Source of the DNA: a virus
Virus record (IMG/VR): IMGVR_UViG_3300031162_000774
Coordinates: 1-40,595 of that record
DNA: 40,595 bases
Strand: one strand, 5' to 3'
The notes beneath the pieces were generated by a model, which was not told the origin of the DNA, made no database searches, and saw only the letters and a list, made by a program, of their open reading frames with translations. A program made the translations under genes and the position numbers. Every line of letters starts with the position of its first letter. Position 1 is the stretch's first letter. Positions 8,528 to 16,651 of the stretch are shown here, in pieces.

Positions 8528-8694
8528 ATCTCAATTTCCGCTTTACCATTTTTACCCAAATCATGAGCATCTTTAGCAAGTAGCTTTAATATTCTCTTCC
8601 ATTTAGGCTTTTGTTTCTCTGGCATTTTACGCTCATCGACTATTTTATCTAATACCAGATAAAGATCTGTTAAACTTGTAACTTCGATTTTCAT
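8524..8694 (-). CDS. Small hypothetical protein, 56 aa
   Basis: My own translation: MKIEVTSLTDLYLVLDKIVDERKMPEKQKPKWKRILKLLAKDAHDLGKNGKAEIEI. It has ATGA overlaps with both neighbours, which suggests translational coupling. Confidence 0.45.
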   Translation of the reverse strand: MKIEVTSLTDLYLVLDKIVDERKMPEKQKPKWKRILKLLAKDAHDLGKNGKAEIEI

Positions 8695-9200
8695 GATTTA
8701 ATTTGTCCTACTGCATCATATGCTAATAAAAACATATCTCCATTTGTATCGTCAGATACACCAACTTTCATAAGCAATTCAACATCATCAAAGTATAATG
8801 AAGGATCCTCAAATTTCTTATAGACTTCCATCAATACCTTACGATTTTCAAAATTAGCAAATAAGACCCATAGAGCTAACATCTCTAATTGAACTTCTTT
8901 ATGAGATAGTTTCTCAATAACCTTTTTAACTTTAGAAGCTAATTGTTTATTAATCCATATGGACAACGTTCTCATAAGAGGTATAGGAATTTCTTTAACA
9001 GTTTCTTCTATAGTATCTAGAAGACGTTCTAATCGTCTGTCAATACGTTTATTCTCTTTGAAGTTTTTATTGTCTCTGTCACGAGCTATAGTACCTTCTT
9101 CATCTTCTTTTCTCATATCCAAAGCAATATGAATTAATGATTGAGCAAAGAATATAACTAGAAGATCTTTTTTAGCACCTGAGCTGAAGTTATGCTTCAT
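8691..9200 (-). CDS. Hypothetical helical protein (169 aa from the ATG at 9200)
   Basis: The ORF-track entry is 8691-9236. The internal start MKHNFSS at 9200 lies 1 nt after the upstream gene's stop, so I prefer it. No motif recognised. Confidence 0.5.
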   Translation of the reverse strand: MKHNFSSGAKKDLLVIFFAQSLIHIALDMRKEDEEGTIARDRDNKNFKENKRIDRRLERLLDTIEETVKEIPIPLMRTLSIWINKQLASKVKKVIEKLSHKEVQLEMLALWVLFANFENRKVLMEVYKKFEDPSLYFDDVELLMKVGVSDDTNGDMFLLAYDAVGQIKS

Positions 9201-9201
9201 C

Positions 9202-9381
9202 TTAAAGCCAATTCTTAAAGGTTGTAAAACTGTCATATGTTAACCAAAAGCCAAATAACATAAATAAAAATAATATTATTCTAGCTCCCCAACTATGTTG
9301 ATATGGTAAATCAGTGGCAGTTGTAAATGTTATTATTAAACCTATAAAAAATACAATAATAATTCCAATTAATTCATACAT
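9202..9381 (-). CDS. Small membrane protein, two TM segments (59 aa from the ATG at 9381)
   Basis: MYELIGIIIVFFIGLIITF...ARIILFLFMLFGFWLTY. An AAGGA SD lies upstream. This start avoids overlap with the HTH gene that ends at 9383. Confidence 0.5.
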   Translation of the reverse strand: MYELIGIIIVFFIGLIITFTTATDLPYQHSWGARIILFLFMLFGFWLTYDSFTTFKNWL

Positions 9382-9382
9382 T

Positions 9383-9571
9383 TTAAATTTCCTTTTTTGT
9401 CCAATTCGGACCATCGTATCCGAGTTTAACAAGTGTAGTTGTCATTGTATTACGTGCACAACCATACTTTTCTACAAGTCTAGTAATAGTCATACCCTTA
9501 TCGTACAGTTCTTTTATCTCATCTCCATGATCTATTACAAGATCAGCAGATGTTATATGCTTTTTAGCCAT
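9383..9571 (-). CDS. Small helix-turn-helix DNA-binding protein
   Basis: 62 aa. GMTITRLVEKYGCARNTMTTTLVKLG is a classic HTH. It is the first gene after promoter-motif copy 1. Confidence 0.55.
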   Translation of the reverse strand: MAKKHITSADLVIDHGDEIKELYDKGMTITRLVEKYGCARNTMTTTLVKLGYDGPNWTKKEI

Positions 9572-9603
9572 AATCTTTTTCCTTAGTTTTTATCGTTAAT
9601 AGC

Positions 9604-9636
9604 ATTGTATTCAAGTATTGTTTAAAGTTTTATTAA
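9604..9636 (-). promoter_or_regulatory. Copy 1 of the 33-bp conserved promoter-like motif
   Basis: The reverse complement reads TTAATAAAACTTTAAACAATACTTGAATACAAT and ends in a -10-like TACAAT. It is intergenic and upstream of 9383-9571. Confidence 0.6.
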
Positions 9637-9858
9637 TCATAATAATCTGGTAGTGACCAATACTTTGTAATCAAGAACTAACTGTTTACAATAAGCAACA
9701 TTACTATATCTCTCAGTTTTTGAAATAGTTGTATTAGGTCTTTCATGCATTGCACGATTAGTAGCTGTAAAATTTTCTAACTTAGCTTCATGTTTAATAT
9801 TATTTTCAATATCTATTACTTCAATAGTATTATTCTCAGTATCTATTGTTATTTTCAT
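9637..9858 (-). CDS. Hypothetical protein, 73 aa
   Basis: ORF-track entry, packed 3 nt after the upstream gene. No motif recognised. Confidence 0.45.
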   Translation of the reverse strand: MKITIDTENNTIEVIDIENNIKHEAKLENFTATNRAMHERPNTTISKTERYSNVAYCKQLVLDYKVLVTTRLL

Positions 9859-9861
9859 AAT

Positions 9862-10488
9862 TTATTCCTTAATTATATATAATGCAAGTTCTTCTCTAAT
9901 TTCTTTTATGTATTCATCGTATATATCAAATTGCTCAATAAGTTTATCAATAGGTAAAGTGCTAGTACATTCTTTATGTCTCCATGAATTATCTAATAGA
10001 TATTTACTATAGGGTATTTTGTAAAATGACTTTCTACCTCTAATGTTTGAAATATCAAGATAACATGGTGCTTTAGCGTTTGAGCCACTTTTGAAGATAA
10101 CTTTTATCATCTCTTCGTTTCTCTTTTGTGCATTTTTGATAAACTTTTTCTTATCATCAAAATCTGTAATTGTCTCCGCGTCTTCCTCATTTACAAAATC
10201 AGTATATTCTTCTTCTATTTGAATTTTTTTATAATGATTTTCCCATTCATCAATTTCTCTTAATGGCTCAATTTCTCTATCTTCACATTCTTCTATATAC
10301 AATTCATACTCTTCATCAAATTCAATCTGCACACATGAAAAAGTACCATCATTATCTGAATATCCTTGCCCTTCTACACTGCCTGCAATTTCCCTAGCTA
10401 AATCATAGGCTTCATCATCATCTTCTGCTTCTACTTCTATTGTGTAGTTTTCAGTCATTGCAACTACTACTGTAAATCTTCTTTTCAT
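9862..10488 (-). CDS. Highly acidic early protein (candidate DNA mimic), function unknown
   Basis: 208 aa. By my hand count roughly 4 in 10 residues between ~12 and ~112 are Asp/Glu (EAEDDDEAYD, EFDEEYELYIEECEDREIE, EEEYTDFVNEEDAE). It is the first gene after promoter-motif copy 2. Confidence 0.5.
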   Translation of the reverse strand: MKRRFTVVVAMTENYTIEVEAEDDDEAYDLAREIAGSVEGQGYSDNDGTFSCVQIEFDEEYELYIEECEDREIEPLREIDEWENHYKKIQIEEEYTDFVNEEDAETITDFDDKKKFIKNAQKRNEEMIKVIFKSGSNAKAPCYLDISNIRGRKSFYKIPYSKYLLDNSWRHKECTSTLPIDKLIEQFDIYDEYIKEIREELALYIIKE

Positions 10489-10515
10489 TTAAGACTCCTT
10501 ATTTGTTATAACTAT

Positions 10516-10548
10516 ATTGTATTCAAAATTTGTTTAAAGTTTTATTAA
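10516..10548 (-). promoter_or_regulatory. Copy 2 of the 33-bp promoter-like motif
   Basis: The reverse complement reads TTAATAAAACTTTAAACAAATTTTGAATACAAT. Its -10-like end lies 27 bp upstream of the ATG at 10488. Confidence 0.6.
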
Positions 10549-10573
10549 ATGCATTTAAGAGTTCTTATTTAAC

Positions 10574-10701
10574 CTTGTGTCTCTGTGTGTGTATGTCTCT
10601 ATTTTCAATTTCGTAATATATCAATTTGCAGTTATTCAAAAACGTTGATATAGAGCGTGGTGAATTTCAAAAGTTAGACATACACAAACACGAGACACAA
10701 G
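10574..10701. repeat. Long imperfect inverted repeat (about 25-bp TG/CA-rich arms, 77-bp spacer with nested smaller inverted repeats)
   Basis: Left arm CTTGTGTCTCTGTGTGTGTATGTCT (10574-10598) pairs with right arm AGACATACACAAACACGAGACACAAG (10676-10701), with one bulge and one mismatch by hand alignment. The inner pair ATATCAA/TTGATAT lies at ~10617-10651. Confidence 0.8.
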
Positions 10702-10842
10702 ATGTTTAAAGATCGATTAAAGATTGAACGAAGAGGCTTCTATAATTGTAGAAGGTTCTATATAAGGGCCCTTAAAATGAGGCTCCTTTAAATGTAGAGT
10801 TTTAAATTTGTAGGACCCTGTTTAGGAGTGCTCACTATATAA

Positions 10843-13431
10843 TTATAGGGAGCCTAAATCGTCTTTCTTTATTAAAATCCCTGTTTTATCTTTAAAAGCC
10901 TTAATAAATCGACCTTTCTTGAATAATTTCATACGTCCATCATGGCGTCTCACTAACTTAGGATCGGCCATTTCATTAACTCTTCTACTAAATGAAGCTA
11001 CGTTGCCTGCATACTTATCTTTAGAATGTATACTATAAGCTTCAAACATAGCATGAGGATGAACCTCTGTATCAAAGAATTTATTGCCCCAGCTATCACC
11101 TAACATCTTATTACTCATTGAACAGTTATATAACCATTCTTCAAGTTTATTCAGACCTTGCTCTTTCTGCTCAACCAATGCAGTTGTCTCAGGTGCTTTA
11201 TACATCTTATGAGTAATTTCACGCTCCATTAAGAAATGAAGTAATGCTTCACGTCCACCATTATTTAGCCATATTCTGAACTTATCCATATATTCTAGGT
11301 TACCACGATACTTGTCACTCATCTCTAATACTATATAACGCCTTTCATCATCACCTTTTGCTGGCACTACCCAATCAAGGTTTGTAGACATAAAGACTCT
11401 AGAAAAGTTATCTCCTGAGAATGCGTCAATACCTTTTTGTTCATAATGCATTTCGTTTTCAGTGATCAGAGTTTTCAATGCACCTTCAGCAGCATGATTA
11501 CCACTAAAAAAAGCCTCTCCTATATTACATACAACCGAATTCTGAAGATGTATATTAAATCTTCCAGTAATTGAGTCCATGTTATTTACAGTAATATAAT
11601 GACTTCTATCAAATAATGAAGCGAACGCCCCTATCCAAGTATCTTTACCTACACCTTTCTTACCTTTAAGAACACAGGCCATACCTTCTTTCTTTTCAGG
11701 AAACTGTACAATATGAGCAAGATAGTCAAGCATAAACTCAAGCATATCTATATTATCCAGTGATTTACTATCAGCTCCACCTACTACTATATCTCTTGTA
11801 AACTCAATGAATGGTTGAACATCTCCTTCAATAGACTCACAAGCAAAACCTTTCCATAAGTTATAGTAGCCATTGTCCATAATATCTTTAGGATCTTTGC
11901 TTGGATCGAAACGAACTCCACGTATCTTCTTACGATAACCACCTTCTATCCAATCAGTAATAAAATCACTGTCTTTAGTATTGAATTCTTTATAGGTCTC
12001 TCTTAGCTTCATAGGTGTTTGTAAATGTATTGTTCCGTCTTCATCTATTTCTACGTATAATGGATGCTTACCTTCTGTTACGTAGAATGTGTTATCACTT
12101 AGCTGCTTCCATGCACGCTCTTGTTCACTATCTACTTTTTCTTCGTCATTGAAGCCATCATCAGTAACATTTATATCTTTTACTGTACTGTAATCAGACT
12201 CCTTTAAGTACTTTTTTATTGCTCCCTTTGTCTTGTCCATAGTATCAACAAGGATATTGATTGCTTTATCTAACATATAACCTTTGAAGTCACGCTTGAT
12301 AATAGTGAATACGTCTTCTTCGTCCATGTTTTCTACAATGAAAGGAATTGACTTAAGATCACAATGGAAATAGTACATTTGTCCACCATGAACAAAAGAG
12401 TGCATTGCTGGCCTCTTAGTAAGATCAAGACTTTCAAATACTTTTGCCTTATTCATACCTTTCTCAGGTTCAAAAGGATCACGCATAGAAACGTCTACAT
12501 AATTTCCTACTAATATCTCACGAGCTTTAATAGTAGTTCCATCATTTAATATAAGCTTTTCGTTACCATAGATCTGATTAGTACGTTCGATATTTCTTCT
12601 TTTTATATCTTTATGATCTTTACTGGTTGATTTATATGTTTTCTTAAGATTATGTATCATATCATTGACTTTACTCTGATATGTTGTATTGATATTTGTC
12701 TTACGAACTAATCCACCATTTATAACACCGCCTGGATAATAGAGATCATCTCTGACTACACGCTTAAGCTTCTTATGTAATATCGGCAATGCTTCATAAA
12801 TAATACGACTAGGGTCACCTTTGAGTAAAGCAAGATCGACGATACCATTAATATATCCTCTGAAAACTTTCTCATTTACTTTAATCTCACCGAAACCTTC
12901 GTTAAGTCCGTTGTTGAATAATGCTTCAGAATAACTTTTGATGTACATTTCTTTATTTATTCTACAATAAGCATGAACACTTCCATAACCTGTTTCATCT
13001 TTGCCGTTTGTTATACCTGCTGATGATCCATATGTTAAGAACATCTCAGTATTCTCTAATTGAGGATCACATTTAATAAGCATATTTCTGTATTCTTCTA
13101 AAGTTATATCTGTATAATCACGAAGATCGAAGTCAAACATAATAATACCTGACTTATTTTCAAACATGTCTTTAGTTCTTGTAATACCATCTGACTTTAG
13201 ATTACTTCTACTATATATCTTACCTTCGCCACTACCTTCAACAGGTGTTCCTAATATAATTGCTTGATTAGATTTTAACTTCTGTTTCACTATACCTATT
13301 TGTTCTAACGATGATAGTTTGATAACTTTATAATTACCTTCGTATAATTGACTAGATCCATCTTTAGTTAGGTCCTTATTATATGTTTTACACATTTTAC
13401 CTTTGTTATTTGAGACTACAGTGATTTGCAT
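10843..13431 (-). CDS. Bifunctional primase-helicase: N-terminal AEP (prim-pol)-like domain fused to a D5/P4-type SF3 helicase
   Basis: 862 aa. N-terminal IIMFDFDL (DxD) and GYGSVHAYC (sGxGxH) resemble AEP motifs I and II. The C-terminal part has Walker A VLKGKKGVGKD and a P4/D5-family-like region (VVCNIGEA..., DDERRYIVLE). Confidence 0.8.
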   Translation of the reverse strand: MQITVVSNNKGKMCKTYNKDLTKDGSSQLYEGNYKVIKLSSLEQIGIVKQKLKSNQAIILGTPVEGSGEGKIYSRSNLKSDGITRTKDMFENKSGIIMFDFDLRDYTDITLEEYRNMLIKCDPQLENTEMFLTYGSSAGITNGKDETGYGSVHAYCRINKEMYIKSYSEALFNNGLNEGFGEIKVNEKVFRGYINGIVDLALLKGDPSRIIYEALPILHKKLKRVVRDDLYYPGGVINGGLVRKTNINTTYQSKVNDMIHNLKKTYKSTSKDHKDIKRRNIERTNQIYGNEKLILNDGTTIKAREILVGNYVDVSMRDPFEPEKGMNKAKVFESLDLTKRPAMHSFVHGGQMYYFHCDLKSIPFIVENMDEEDVFTIIKRDFKGYMLDKAINILVDTMDKTKGAIKKYLKESDYSTVKDINVTDDGFNDEEKVDSEQERAWKQLSDNTFYVTEGKHPLYVEIDEDGTIHLQTPMKLRETYKEFNTKDSDFITDWIEGGYRKKIRGVRFDPSKDPKDIMDNGYYNLWKGFACESIEGDVQPFIEFTRDIVVGGADSKSLDNIDMLEFMLDYLAHIVQFPEKKEGMACVLKGKKGVGKDTWIGAFASLFDRSHYITVNNMDSITGRFNIHLQNSVVCNIGEAFFSGNHAAEGALKTLITENEMHYEQKGIDAFSGDNFSRVFMSTNLDWVVPAKGDDERRYIVLEMSDKYRGNLEYMDKFRIWLNNGGREALLHFLMEREITHKMYKAPETTALVEQKEQGLNKLEEWLYNCSMSNKMLGDSWGNKFFDTEVHPHAMFEAYSIHSKDKYAGNVASFSRRVNEMADPKLVRRHDGRMKLFKKGRFIKAFKDKTGILIKKDDLGSL

Positions 13432-13571
13432 AATGTCTAACCTTTAAAATTGATTAGTGCTTAATAGAGTTTCCATGGCTCTTTTGAAACACTTAATACG
13501 ACATCATTGGATAGGAGAGCCATGGGAAGTTTGCCTAACCCAGATGATGCCTTATTAAATGCTTGATTTGT

Positions 13572-13604
13572 ATTATAATTAAGTTTTGATTAAAGTTTTA
13601 TTAA
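13572..13604 (-). promoter_or_regulatory. Copy 3 of the 33-bp promoter-like motif
   Basis: The reverse complement reads TTAATAAAACTTTAATCAAAACTTAATTATAAT. It lies upstream of the long leader of the primase-helicase gene. Confidence 0.55.
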
Positions 13605-13673
13605 CTAGGCTATGTCAGACCTAGTTAATAAATAGAGGAAGTTAAACGAGTGCGTTATCGAGGCGCATAAGAA

Positions 13674-13934
13674 TTATATCATAAACTTCTTAGAAAATTC
13701 TTTATATTTATGATTTTTTAAATATTTAAGAATAACTTTTCGATCTTTTTCCTGATACGGATATGGAACTGAACCTATAATATTACATATAATATCTAAA
13801 TGTTTTCTATTATATTTTATACCTGATTGTTCTACCCACCGTATAACGTTGCCTAATACGCTATAATCCTTACTATCTAACCTTTTGAATTTATTACTAA
13901 GCTTCTTTTGAAGCTGCTTGTATGCTTTTTTCAT
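13674..13934 (-). CDS. Hypothetical protein, 86 aa (basic)
   Basis: ORF-track entry, tightly packed in the early minus-strand operon. Confidence 0.45.
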   Translation of the reverse strand: MKKAYKQLQKKLSNKFKRLDSKDYSVLGNVIRWVEQSGIKYNRKHLDIICNIIGSVPYPYQEKDRKVILKYLKNHKYKEFSKKFMI

Positions 13935-13936
13935 AA

Positions 13937-14185
13937 TTAAAATACCAAACTTAAATCATCGTTATTATTTATAATTTCCTGAAGTTGTTCTTTTAATAAT
14001 TCATCTTTTAATAAAGGAGATTTTATCATTCTTTTGACATCTTCTAATTTTATATTTGGACAATCCCAATCTTCATTGTAATAATAGTATTCAATATTCA
14101 AACTTTCCATGATTGAATTAAATTCTTCTCTATTTGATTTGAATAACTTTCCACCACCTGCATTTGTATTTATACTTGTTCCCAT
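13937..14185 (-). CDS. Hypothetical protein, 82 aa
   Basis: ORF-track entry, 3 nt after the upstream gene. Confidence 0.45.
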   Translation of the reverse strand: MGTSINTNAGGGKLFKSNREEFNSIMESLNIEYYYYNEDWDCPNIKLEDVKRMIKSPLLKDELLKEQLQEIINNNDDLSLVF

Positions 14186-14188
14186 TAT

Positions 14189-14665
14189 TTATCCTTTTGC
14201 AACATTTTCTAACTTAGATATTAATTCATTTTTCCATTCCCATGTACTAAATTGAGGTAAATCTATATCACCTGTAGTTTTAACACCATTACGCTCAAAT
14301 CCCAATCTACCTTTCATAAATACAATCTTACCTTTACAAGCAAAATCATGGAACCATTGTGTATCTGTTCTAGATGGTATTAAACAAACACCAATTTTAT
14401 TATGCTTTTTTGATTGATTATAAGCATATTCCAACCATTCAGGTATTGATCTACCATATGGAGGGTTCATCCAAAAATTCTTATCCCATTCTTGAATAAG
14501 GGCGTTATCTTCTTCAGTAAAATACTTTTTACATTTAGATGTTTCTGGATAACAACATACGTCTAATTTTAATTTAGTGTTAAATTTCTTTTTTACTAAA
14601 TCTACAAACCATTGAGGTGTCGCCCAATCTTGATGAATTGAACTCATTACGTTTTTAACGTCCAT
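14189..14665 (-). CDS. Phage Dam-family DNA N6-adenine methyltransferase
   Basis: 158 aa. DWATPQWF ... FWMNPPYGRSIPEWL ... CLIPSRTDTQWF is the signature of the small phage N6-adenine MTase family (NPPY catalytic motif). Confidence 0.8.
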   Translation of the reverse strand: MDVKNVMSSIHQDWATPQWFVDLVKKKFNTKLKLDVCCYPETSKCKKYFTEEDNALIQEWDKNFWMNPPYGRSIPEWLEYAYNQSKKHNKIGVCLIPSRTDTQWFHDFACKGKIVFMKGRLGFERNGVKTTGDIDLPQFSTWEWKNELISKLENVAKG

Positions 14666-14885
14666 TATTTATATCCTTATTATGTTTCCAATTGTAAAAT
14701 CTTCTTATAGTATAACTTCTAATCAAACTTATAATTGTAAAATATAAACCAATTAATAGATTATCATTAAAATCAACCATTATATCAAATAATGGAAATA
14801 TTAATAATTGACTTATTATAGCCACTATATATCCAATCATTATATTTACGAATGTTTCTATTAAACTTTGTATTTTTGTTTGCAT
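14655..14885 (-). CDS. Small membrane protein, two TM segments
   Basis: 76 aa with hydrophobic IMIGYIVAIISQLLIFPLF and LLIGLYFTIISLI. Overlaps both neighbours by a few nt. Confidence 0.45.
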   Translation of the reverse strand: MQTKIQSLIETFVNIMIGYIVAIISQLLIFPLFDIMVDFNDNLLIGLYFTIISLIRSYTIRRFYNWKHNKDINNGR

Positions 14886-16096
14886 TATAATATTACCACC
14901 TTCTTAATAGCTCTCGACAATGCAACATAACATAATCTAGCATACATTTCTTTATCTGGACATTTATTAAGATCTTTTATATCTATATAAACAGTCTTAA
15001 ACTCCTGCCCCTGACTCTTATGAACTGTTGAAGCAAATCTAGATCTAATATCAAATACTAAATCCTTATGGTTCATATAGTTACTCCAGGCACGTCCACG
15101 TTCTTTTACATATTTGGCAGCACGATTAACTTTACACCATTTTGTTAGATCAACCTTATCGTCTAAGTTATTTGCTTTGATAACTAAGTTTTGAAATTTC
15201 TCAACATCTTTTTTAAATCTTTTACTATTCTCATAGTGATTATTATCAACAAAACAAACAAGACCATCTTCAATAACTGTTTGATTATAGTCACTTAGAT
15301 CTATATTGAATTTATTAATGCTTTCTAATATAGCATCAGATGTATCTGGATCATGTCGTATTTTGCCCTTACTCATCATCTTAGGAAATGTATAGTATTG
15401 TCCTGGAGTATTTACAACTTCTGTTTCATGACCATTTAATGTTATTTCATTTGTAGGATCACAATATGTTCTGATCTCTTCATTCATCTGTAAAACTTTA
15501 TTATTAGTATACGCTAAGGCTCTTTCAGTTAATGGATCAAAGCTACTTAGATCACCTTTAGGTAAATTTATCTTAGGAGGTTTACCCTTGCAACCACCTT
15601 TTAAATAACTAACAAACTCCATAAAACAAGCTACAACTTCAGGAGCTTCTGATCTATGTTGTGCAGTTAACTCATGAATATCTTTAGAATACTTCTTAGG
15701 TTTGATCCTCTTTCCACTAACTGGTGGAAGTTGATATGGATCACCAAAAATTGTTACTTCACAATGCTCAGGAATAACTTCAAGCAGCAAATCAAGTATA
15801 TCCGTGTTGATCATGCTAAACTCATCAATGAATATATCGTTTATAAACTGTAGATCAGTATCTCCTACCATCTTTAAACTATTCATCTTTTGACCTTTAC
15901 GGAAATTCTGATTAATAGTAGGAACCAACTTTAAAACACTATGTATAGTATAAGCAATAATACCTTTCTTCATTAACACCTCAGCGGCTTTATGCGTAGG
16001 TGTCACAACCAATGTTTCTTTCGTTGCTCTTGCTGAAAGTTCAGTAGACTTGCCACTTCCAGCAAACCCTGTTACGAATTTAATGTTCTTATTCAT
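14885..16096 (-). CDS. SF1 DNA helicase, Dda/RecD-like
   Basis: 403 aa. Walker A GFAGSGKST, Walker B IFIDEFSM, a PPV motif (GDPYQLPPV) and the C-terminal STVHKSQGQEFKTVYI...YVALSRA. Confidence 0.85.
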   Translation of the reverse strand: MNKNIKFVTGFAGSGKSTELSARATKETLVVTPTHKAAEVLMKKGIIAYTIHSVLKLVPTINQNFRKGQKMNSLKMVGDTDLQFINDIFIDEFSMINTDILDLLLEVIPEHCEVTIFGDPYQLPPVSGKRIKPKKYSKDIHELTAQHRSEAPEVVACFMEFVSYLKGGCKGKPPKINLPKGDLSSFDPLTERALAYTNNKVLQMNEEIRTYCDPTNEITLNGHETEVVNTPGQYYTFPKMMSKGKIRHDPDTSDAILESINKFNIDLSDYNQTVIEDGLVCFVDNNHYENSKRFKKDVEKFQNLVIKANNLDDKVDLTKWCKVNRAAKYVKERGRAWSNYMNHKDLVFDIRSRFASTVHKSQGQEFKTVYIDIKDLNKCPDKEMYARLCYVALSRAIKKVVIL

Positions 16097-16364
16097 GACT
16101 ATATCCCATCGTAAAACTCATAAGTTCTGGACTTGCTTTTAATTTTTTATAATCATTTATATGCATTATTATTTTCCCTTCAACATGAATTGATTTACCT
16201 TCTTTAATAAATCCATTAGCTATCATTTTTGTTAGGTTTCTTTTTCTTTTACCTAATTTATTACCATCTTTTTTACCATTTTTATAAATCTTTGCACGAT
16301 ATACATCAGGTATAATTTCCATACCACCAACCTGGAATGATTGTAATTCACCATAAACTTTCAT
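16089..16364 (-). CDS. Hypothetical protein, 91 aa
   Basis: ORF-track entry. Its ATG overlaps the TGA of the upstream micro-ORF (ATGA). Confidence 0.45.
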   Translation of the reverse strand: MKVYGELQSFQVGGMEIIPDVYRAKIYKNGKKDGNKLGKRKRNLTKMIANGFIKEGKSIHVEGKIIMHINDYKKLKASPELMSFTMGYSHE

Positions 16365-16528
16365 GACTCTTTCCTTAATACTATATCTACTTCCATGCCA
16401 AATCTAAAAATAGCTTTCTCTAAAGCTGCTTCTTCATTTTTAGCTTCAACAAATCCATGCTTAGAACCATTTATATAACAATCATAAATTTTCTTGTCAT
16501 GCATATCTGTAATATAACTCTTTCCCAT
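16361..16528 (-). CDS. Small hypothetical protein, 55 aa; first gene of the minus arm; not in the ORF track
   Basis: My own translation: MGKSYITDMHDKKIYDCYINGSKHGFVEAKNEEAALEKAIFRFGMEVDIVLRKES. Its ATG lies 30 bp downstream of motif copy 4, and it has an ATGA overlap with the next gene. Confidence 0.45.
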   Translation of the reverse strand: MGKSYITDMHDKKIYDCYINGSKHGFVEAKNEEAALEKAIFRFGMEVDIVLRKES

Positions 16529-16558
16529 AACCCATCCTTTTAATTAATGTATATAGGA

Positions 16559-16591
16559 ATTATAATCAAAGTTTGTTTAAAGAATTATTAA
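16559..16591 (-). promoter_or_regulatory. Copy 4 of the 33-bp promoter-like motif (leftward member of the divergent pair)
   Basis: The reverse complement reads TTAATAATTCTTTAAACAAACTTTGATTATAAT. Confidence 0.6.
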
Positions 16592-16618
16592 AGTAGTTTA
16601 TTGTAATTTGATTGTACT

Positions 16619-16651
16619 TTAATAAAACTTTAAACAAACTTATTCTATAAT
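16619..16651 (+). promoter_or_regulatory. Copy 5 of the 33-bp promoter-like motif (rightward member of the divergent pair)
   Basis: TTAATAAAACTTTAAACAAACTTATTCTATAAT on the plus strand, 47 bp upstream of the first plus-strand ATG. Confidence 0.6.

Noticed and set aside
13493-13519. Resemblance to a T7-class promoter. TTAATACGACATCATTGGATAGGAGAG here, and CTCACTATATAATTATAGGGAGCC at ~10829-10852, both echo TAATACGACTCACTATAGGGAGA.
   Set aside because: No single-subunit RNA polymerase gene is present. The two sites differ from each other and each matches only half of the T7 consensus. Both point against the local direction of transcription. I treat the resemblance as coincidental.
16559-16651. 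Reading the TTTG inside the 33-bp motif as a Bacteroidetes-type -33 element.
   Set aside because: No TAnnTTTG -7 element follows at the right distance. The genome also uses strong AAGGAG-type Shine-Dalgarno sites throughout, which argues against a Bacteroidetes host.
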